A stretch of DNA of 64,000 nucleotides from Octopus vulgaris (taxonomy: Eukaryota). Under the pieces are notes generated by a model. That model ran no database searches, had not been told where the DNA came from, and was given only the letters and a program-made list of their open reading frames with translations. Every line of letters begins with the position of its first letter. The stretch's first letter is position 1. The DNA lies in assembly GCA_951406725.2 (NCBI GenBank), contig OX597826.1, forward strand, positions 66,526,001 through 66,590,000. The letters run 5' to 3'. The position numbers and the translations under genes were made by a program. Below, in pieces: positions 55,734 through 64,000 of this stretch.

Positions 55734-57002
55734 TTTAATCAATGTCTACATCTCACCAACATCACAAATGCATATTTTAAATATATTTTTTATTTGATTT
55801 GATGGGACGTGCCTGTAATACCACATTCCATCATAAGGACGATTAAATCAAATCTATATTATTTTTGTTACAGAAACCTATCATACATCAGAAACCATTA
55901 CAGAGACATTTTCCATCTATCATATTTTGTTATACAAATCTATTCACCCGAACGTACGACATTCTTTTATACAATTACAAAGGAACATTAATCATCCGTG
56001 TCACTTTAAAATTATGTTTAATATTTGTTGGTTTGACTGATCACAATATTTTCATTCTCAGAAGTAGGTATGAAATTTAGAGTGCTTTGTTTAAGGAAGA
56101 AATAAAAGGAAAAAACGATGAAGAAAACGATTCCGTTTAATAGAACAGAGCAAGAAAAAGCGTAAACTTGCTTCTAGCCTAACAATCTTTGGTTTTATTT
56201 TAGATTAGTACATTAAAGAAACAGATAAATTTCTTATGAAGAATAGTTAAAAAAAATTAATTGTACAAAATATGTTGCTCGTAACCATTGATAAAGGCAT
56301 TTTAACTCCGAAATAATGAAATATAACGTAAAGTGTAAACTACTGTTTAAATTCATTAAATTCATATTTTTCTTAAACAACTTTCACAATTTCAATTATA
56401 TCCGAAAGTTTGATTTAAACTATATCACCAAAATATAAGCTTTCGATGATGAAGAAATTTCTGCTAGTGATTACTGTTATTCTTATTATTATTTTATCGG
56501 ATTAAATGGTTTTATCGGATTAAATGGCAGTGGATTGGCATAATCTATAGGGCACTGGAAAAGTCGGCAAGAGTTGGCAGCAAATGTAGAATGTGAAATG
56601 AGATACTTTTTGGTTAATATTCCTTTACATTCTGAAATTAAATCTTGCTGAGAATGACTTTGTCTTCCATCTTCCGGGTTCGATAAACAGACGGACGTAT
56701 CACTGCAGTATTTGGGCTAAATAAATCTAAAATATAATGCTTACTCCCTCTTAAATAACTGTGATCATTTCCATGTTTGAAATCCTTCTTTCCCTTTTTT
56801 TAAAAAATATTGTTATTATTTCTGTTAAGCAAATTTACCGATTGTCAAACAATCGAAAATTAATTATCTCGAGCAATCACATAATATCACATACAAATAT
56901 ATTTCCAGTGTCATATATATCTATATATCTATGTATATATGTGTATAATATACATATATGCATACATATATATACATATGTATAAACGTGTATATGCATA
57001 TG

Positions 57003-57066
<64 letters not shown>

Positions 57067-57632
57067 TTATACACACTAAGGCAATTTATAGAATGTGTAT
57101 ATGTCGTCTCGTGCGAAATTTTGTGTAACGATATATATGAAAATTGCATGAATGTATATTTGAGGTTTAGTGTAAATTTGAGTGTATATGAGAAAGCTGT
57201 ATGTTATATAATAGCATCCTTTATTTTTTCTAAATATTTGAATTATTGCTATAAAGAAGTGACTTTCTTGTAAAAGACCGACAACTCTCCATCGCGGAAA
57301 TCTTAATAACTTCAGTGGGAAAAAGATACGTGCTGAACTTCTGAAATATCTTGCATATTTCCATTGTTCCGCGTACAGATTATCACTGCAAAGTGCAAAT
57401 AGGTATGTATGTATGTATGTATGTATGTATGTATGTATGTATGTATGTATGTATGTATGTATGTATAAACGTATATATGTATGCATGTGTGCGCGCGTGC
57501 GTTACTCATCTTGATTACAATGTAAATAGACACACATATACGTATATCTATCTATTTAATAAAATGATCGATGTATTATTTCACTTATTTAAAAAAATAA
57601 AAAAATACATTTTCCAATATCCACATTGTCTC

Positions 57633-57710
<78 letters not shown>

Positions 57711-58894
57711 CATTATTATTATTATTAATATTATTATTATTACTATTATTATTTGTACTTTTATTATTTTTGGTATTTTGCCCGTCGCTAGGTTCTCAGT
57801 TCAAATTCTGTCGAGGTCGACTTTGCCTTTCATCAATTCGGGGTCAATAAAATAGGTTCCAGTCGAGTACTGAGGTCGATGTAATCGACTTATACCCCTC
57901 CCTCGAATCCTGCTGGCCTTGTGCGAGAATTTGAAACTATTATTATTATTATTATCATCATCACCATCATAAGTTTGATCATATCATCATCATCATCATC
58001 GTCATCATCTTCATAGTTGTCATCGTCATCATCATCGTCGTGGTCGTCGAGGTCGCCGCGGTCGTCGGGGTTCTTGATCGTCGTCTTTATCATCATCATC
58101 ATCATCATCATCATTTATATCATTTGACTCTGGTTACGTGTCTGCATTTCCATTGTTTCTCATGATTGACCACCGTATTTATTCGTGTATATAAGCCGCT
58201 CCTCCCCCATGATTTGGTGTTAAAAGTTGAACCAAATTCCTTTCATTGCATTAGCTTTACCTCATGCTCAAGTCTCGTCCCAGTTTTATCAATGAAAAAT
58301 CAAATATAAATCAATGCGTGTTATACACGAGTAAATACGATATTTTTATTTCCTTTTCCAACACTTTTTTTTTTATTTTCCATCATTGTCGTTGCTATTC
58401 GTTATCGTTCAATATTGATGTTTGGTTTGTTTGAGAAGTGATCTTTGTGGAAGGAGAGGGTCTGTTTCGAACTTTGCTCCCTTCTTTAAGACAGTGAAAT
58501 TGTTTTGCTTCAGTTAGTGTACATGGTGTATTGGCAGAAAAGAAAGAAGTCGGTGGATGGCCGACAGCAGACCCCTCTCTGCTTCTATCTTCTCAGCATC
58601 ACCATCATCTTCAGCAATTATAGTAGCATTAGACAAGCAAAAAGTATAGAGGGCGCCAGCAGCAACGGTAGTAGAAGCAGCAGCAGCAGTAGTAGTAGTA
58701 GTAGTAGTAGTGGCAGCAGCAGTAGCAGTGGTAGCAGTTATGTGGTTGATTGCATAAACAAAAAGAAAATCTCCTTTCTTCTGATCAGGAACATCGTTGC
58801 TAATACTTCTACGGTCTTCAACAGCATTATACGAAGAGTTTGTACAACGAACCTGTAACTACAAAGAAAATACTGACAGCAAGAACACATCCAG

Positions 58895-59720
58895 AAACAA
58901 CACTGCCAATACTCGGCGCAAAATCTACTGACACTAACAACACCAGCACCAATAACACTGGCAGTGTCCACAACACTGCTAACGTCAACACTGCCAACAA
59001 TAGAACAACACTGCCGACAACGGAACAACACTGCTTACACATAAAAAAAATATTGCCGAGAAAAACAACACTGCCTGCATAAAAAACACTGCCGACAACA
59101 GAACATTACTGCTAACAACAGATCCACACTGCCAGCATAAAATAACACTGCCGACAACAGAACAACACTGCAGACAATAGATCAACACTGCCAGCATAAA
59201 ATAACACTGCCGACAACAGAACAACACTGCAGACAATAGATCAACACTGCCTGCATAAAATAACACTGCCGATAACGGAACAACACTGCCTGCATAAAAA
59301 AACGAAAAAAAAAACACTGTCACTGTCAACAACAGAACAACACTGTCTGCATAAAAACACTGCCGACAACATAATAACACTGCAGACAATAGATCAACAC
59401 TGCCTGCATAAAATAACACTGCCGATAACAGAACAACACTGCCTGAATATAAAAAGAAAAAAAAACACTGTCACTGTCAACAACAGAACAATACTGTCTG
59501 CACAAAAACACTGCCGACAACAGAATAACACTGCAGACAATAGATCAACACTGCAGACAGTAGATCAACACTGCCTGCATAAAAAGACACTGCCGACAAC
59601 GTTGTTAACAATAAGTAGTGCTTGCGTCAGTTACACTGCCAACATCGATACCAACAACTAAACCAACACTGCCATTATCAACATCAACACCGCGAACACC
59701 AATTAAACTGCCAACAGCGA
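58895..59720. repeat. Hierarchical tandem repeat built on AACACTGC (19-21-bp subunits)
   Basis: Subunits AACACTGCCGACAACAGAAC / AACACTGCAGACAATAGATC / AACACTGCCTGCATAAAAT cycle through the array. Confidence 0.9.
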
Positions 59721-60834
59721 ACACGGGCACCACGAACTACGCTGTCGACACCAATAATACTTCCACCGTTAACACTAACACTATCCACTTTCATATTGTC
59801 AACTAGGAAAACACTGTCAGCTCCAACAACATTAAAAAAAAAGATCAAAGGTCAAACACAGACAAACAAACATACGCACACACATATATACATACATATA
59901 TACGACAGGTTTCTTTCAGTTTCCGTCTACCAAATCCACTCACAAGGCTTTGGTCGGCACGAGGCTATAGTAGAAGACACTTGCCCAAGGTGTCACGCAG
60001 TGGGAATGAACCCGGAACCATGTGGTTGGTAAGCTAGCTACTTACCACACAGCCACTCCTACGCCTATTGTGTCTATTATTAACTGCGATGTTATTCTTC
60101 TTCCACTGTTGTAAAGTATTGACTTTTCAAACATTGCTCCTTATGTTAGAATATATTTTCTTACTTTCCAAAGTTCGTTGTTAGCAGAGTTAAAAGGCCA
60201 TCGTTGGAGGTTAGAAGTGAAGTTCTATTTATGATCCTTTAACGTTATATAAGGCTTAACGTTAAATTAAACTGTCTACTTTTCGTTTACTTTTAATTTG
60301 AATTCTATGGATTTGGCATGGCCGGATTCATTCGTATCTGGGTTTCCTGTTCTTTTACTTGTTTCAGTTATCTGACTGCAGCTATGCTGGAGCATCGCCT
60401 TTAGTCGAACTAATTGACCTCAAGACTTATTCTTTGTAAGCCTAGTACTTATTTTTTCGGTATCTTTTGACGAACCGCTCAGTTACGGGACGTAAAAATA
60501 CCAGCATCGGTTGTCAAGCGATGGTGAGGGTACAAACACAGACACACAAACATATACATATATATATACCACGGGCTTCTTTCAGTTTCCATCTACCAAA
60601 TCCACTCACAAGGCTTTGGTCGGCCTGAGGCTATAGTAGAAGACACATGCCAAAGGTGGGACTGAAACCAGAACCATGTGGTTGGGAGGCAAGCTTCTTA
60701 CCACACAGCCACGCCTGCGCCTACATTTATTTTTGCGAAACCTTTCTTATTCGGCATTGAATAATACCTACGCCCTCTTCATCATCAGCGACAGAGATAG
60801 TGGCAAGGGCAGCAGTAAATAGAGCGAGCAACCC

Positions 60835-61078
60835 TCCTCCACACCACCACCACCACCACCACCACCACCGCCGCCACCACCACCACCACCACCACCACCA
60901 CCACACTATCACCAATACCACCAGCACTACGATCACGATGAAGACGACGACCACATCACAAGCATTTACAACCTCTTCAATCATGACGACGTCGACCAGC
61001 GCCAAAACCACCACCACCACCACCACCACCACCACCACCACCAGCACTACAACCACAACCACGACGACCAGGACCATG

Positions 61079-61128
<50 letters not shown>

Positions 61129-61180
61129 CACCACCATGCCCCCCACTACAACCACTACCACGACTACCACCATCACTACA
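60835..61180. repeat. Compound (CAC)/(TAC)/(GAC) trinucleotide tract
   Basis: Direct reading. Similar tracts at 3229-3431, 46495-46617 and 31940-32065. Confidence 0.9.
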
Positions 61181-61782
61181 CTTCCGCTACCACCTCACTT
61201 GACCAATAACTTACACCCCATTACAACAAGCCTAACTCTTTCCTTTGACTACAAATTCTACGAGAGGTCAGCGTGTGGATACTGTACTGCTATTACCGTC
61301 CACATCGGTCAACACCTGCGCAGCAAGTATAACAACACCACCTCTGCCCTCACTATCAGCAGTAATCGCTATTGCCGGCAAGACCCGGCAGGAGAAAATA
61401 CCTTTATGCAAATATATAACGCTAGCAATATTAACACAAGTGCTTATATGCACCACAAGTCCATATGAAAGGTTCAATATTCTGTGTTCTAATACGACAT
61501 CCACTTTTAAGTGAGGATATATGTTACCTTTTGGTATTGATACTACTTCCGCCGTTATTTATGTTTTACACACACACGCACGCACATGTATGTATGTATA
61601 TAGTTCTTGGGAATGTTGTCTCTGGAGGAACATCACATAAAAGCTGCATGTAATGTTCTTCCAGAAGCAAGGTTCCAAAAAAAGAATCATTTCATGTTTC
61701 ATGTTCTCCCGAAAGTTCTTATGACGCCGCCGACACTATATGTATATATATGTAAATATATGTATATACATACATACATACA

Positions 61783-61818
<36 letters not shown>

Positions 61819-61824
61819 TATATG

Positions 61825-61872
<48 letters not shown>

Positions 61873-62378
61873 TATATATATATGTATGTATATATGTATA
61901 TATATGTATGTATATATGTATGTATATATATATGTATATGTATATATGTATATATGTATATATATGTATATATATATATGTATATATATATGTATATATA
62001 TATATATATAAACATATGTATATATATATATATACATTATATGTACATATATAATATACATGTATACATACATATATATACATATGTATATATATATATA
62101 CGTATATATGTTTATATATGTATATATATATATGAGTGTATATACATGTGCATATATGTACATAAAAACCTTCATATATATGCATATATACACACGTACA
62201 CACACAGATATACATTTATGTACATATATGTATATTTATATATGTATTTTACATACATACGCACACATATATAACGCATATTTAAATACAAAGGCACATA
62301 TATTCATGTTTGTGTACGCGCGCGCGCGCGCGCGCGTGTGTGTGTGTGCGTGTGAATGTGTGTGTGTCTGTGTATCAG

Positions 62379-63010
62379 ATGAAAAATATCCCAGTACATA
62401 TCTTAAGAAGCTTATCACAAAAGCGAAAGACGTCATAAAAAGACTGAGTCGGAAAGCTTACTTTTATGCGAACAGCCATTGCAGATTTACCACCAGAAGA
62501 ACTGTTGGGTATAAAAACTAATAATACGCGGTAATTGCCCAGCGTGGATAATGGAACTTCGGTGTTTTGATGCGGAATTACTTGAGATGATCAACGAAAT
62601 AAGTTTAAAGAATATAGAATACGTAGCACAAATACAAACCAAACACAAGAACAATTAATAAGTCTAACAATATTTTTTTATCTTTTCCGATGAAACCAAA
62701 AACCTGTACGAAATAGATAGCTACACTCTCATGTAATATTACACAGAAAATAAAATACAGAAAAGCAGTTAAAAATACCACCAACGAGATTATTAGCGAG
62801 GTCATGTCCATAGCATCGAGCCTAAAATTAGACATGGAACTACAATGTTAAGGCGAAAGCGATGTCTATATAACGCTAAAAGATCATAAGGAAAACTGCA
62901 CCTCTGCTTCCCAGCGTTGAATTATTAATTTCTTTAGGAGCGAACTCGGAAAAATATGAAAGTATATTTCAGTATTAAGAGATATATTAGGAAATTCAGT
63001 TCTTTGCGAC
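62379..63010 (+). pseudogene. Decayed Penelope-like element ORF, N-terminal/RT-proximal part
   Basis: MKNIP..YLKKLITKAKDVIKRLSRKAYFY...SDETKNLY...IASSLKL...YITLKDHKEN...IIN...SELGKI with stops and frameshifts, matching the ITLKDHKENF...RLINP..SE.G.ISK pattern of PLE RTs. Confidence 0.72.
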
Positions 63011-63343
63011 AGAAGAATACATAGCTTAGAATACATGAAGACGGATGGCTTAGTGGTTAGGGTGTTGCATTTACGCTGCCCAAACTGGTCGTTGCGTTGT
63101 GTTTTTGAATAAATCACTTCATCTTACGTTGCTCTGCGATCGTTTCGTCATCTGACATATGGCACGTCGTGTTCCTGTACAGGTCACGTGAATTTGATGG
63201 AGGGAGTAAGTTTATGTGAACAGAAACATTCGATCACTATGAACAAATCATCTGTGTGGCTGTTCGGCAAGAAATTGCAGAATCCTCTACGTCGTCTGAC
63301 GACGGGAGAGTCCGTGATGATGATGATGATGATGATGTTGATG

Positions 63344-63379
<36 letters not shown>

Positions 63380-63410
63380 AGAGTGTTAGATGTGATGTAC
63401 AGAGTTGAAT

Positions 63411-63724
<314 letters not shown>

Positions 63725-63725
63725 G

Positions 63726-63774
<49 letters not shown>

Positions 63775-64000
63775 TTTATATATATATATATATATATACT
63801 AATAAAAAGGGTTCAGCAATGAATTGCCTCACTACACACCGAAGTTCAGAAATAGCAGCCCAAAATCTTAGCCATTTCTTCTACTTTAAAAAGGGTCTTC
63901 CAGAGAAACCAAAATACATGAAGGTTATTCACACAGGCAGAGAGCAAAGTAACGAAAATCAATCAATATCTGATCGTCCATGGACGCGCGTTTCTGAATT

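Noticed and set aside
58895-59720. Repeat-spacer appearance resembling CRISPR
   Set aside because: The core is only 8-9 bp, the spacers are themselves repeated, the context is eukaryotic and there are no cas genes.
60800-61468. 222-aa His/Thr-rich mucin-like ORF
   Set aside because: Compound trinucleotide microsatellite, with no clear splice signals or domain.

Overview
Eukaryotic, AT-rich, microsatellite-saturated genomic DNA. The repeat repertoire suggests an octopod cephalopod (inference). One host gene can be assembled: a 4-exon, + strand gene (33279-33558, 51086-51155, 52827-52872, 55470-55733; GT-AG introns, phases 1/2/0) encoding a 219-aa multi-pass membrane protein of the EXPERA/EBP superfamily. 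Almost everything else is repeat-derived. There is a young 5'-truncated R4/Dong-type RLE LINE inside a (TAA)n tract, remnants of a second RLE LINE family, RTE and Penelope-like fragments, a decayed FLYWCH-MULE transposase, hAT and Tc1/pogo-type MITEs (one nested), a Helitron-like element and about 40 tRNA-derived SINE copies. Most notable: (i) a tRNA-headed SINE-like element with a decayed hammerhead-ribozyme core, plus several other short elements with hammerhead-like cores; (ii) SINE multimers with a fixed junction, each bounded by a single TSD; (iii) a nest of (TAA)n-embedded elements that may be an autonomous/non-autonomous pair. Nearly all ORFs in the supplied track are microsatellite artefacts. 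Coordinates were read by eye and element edges are approximate.
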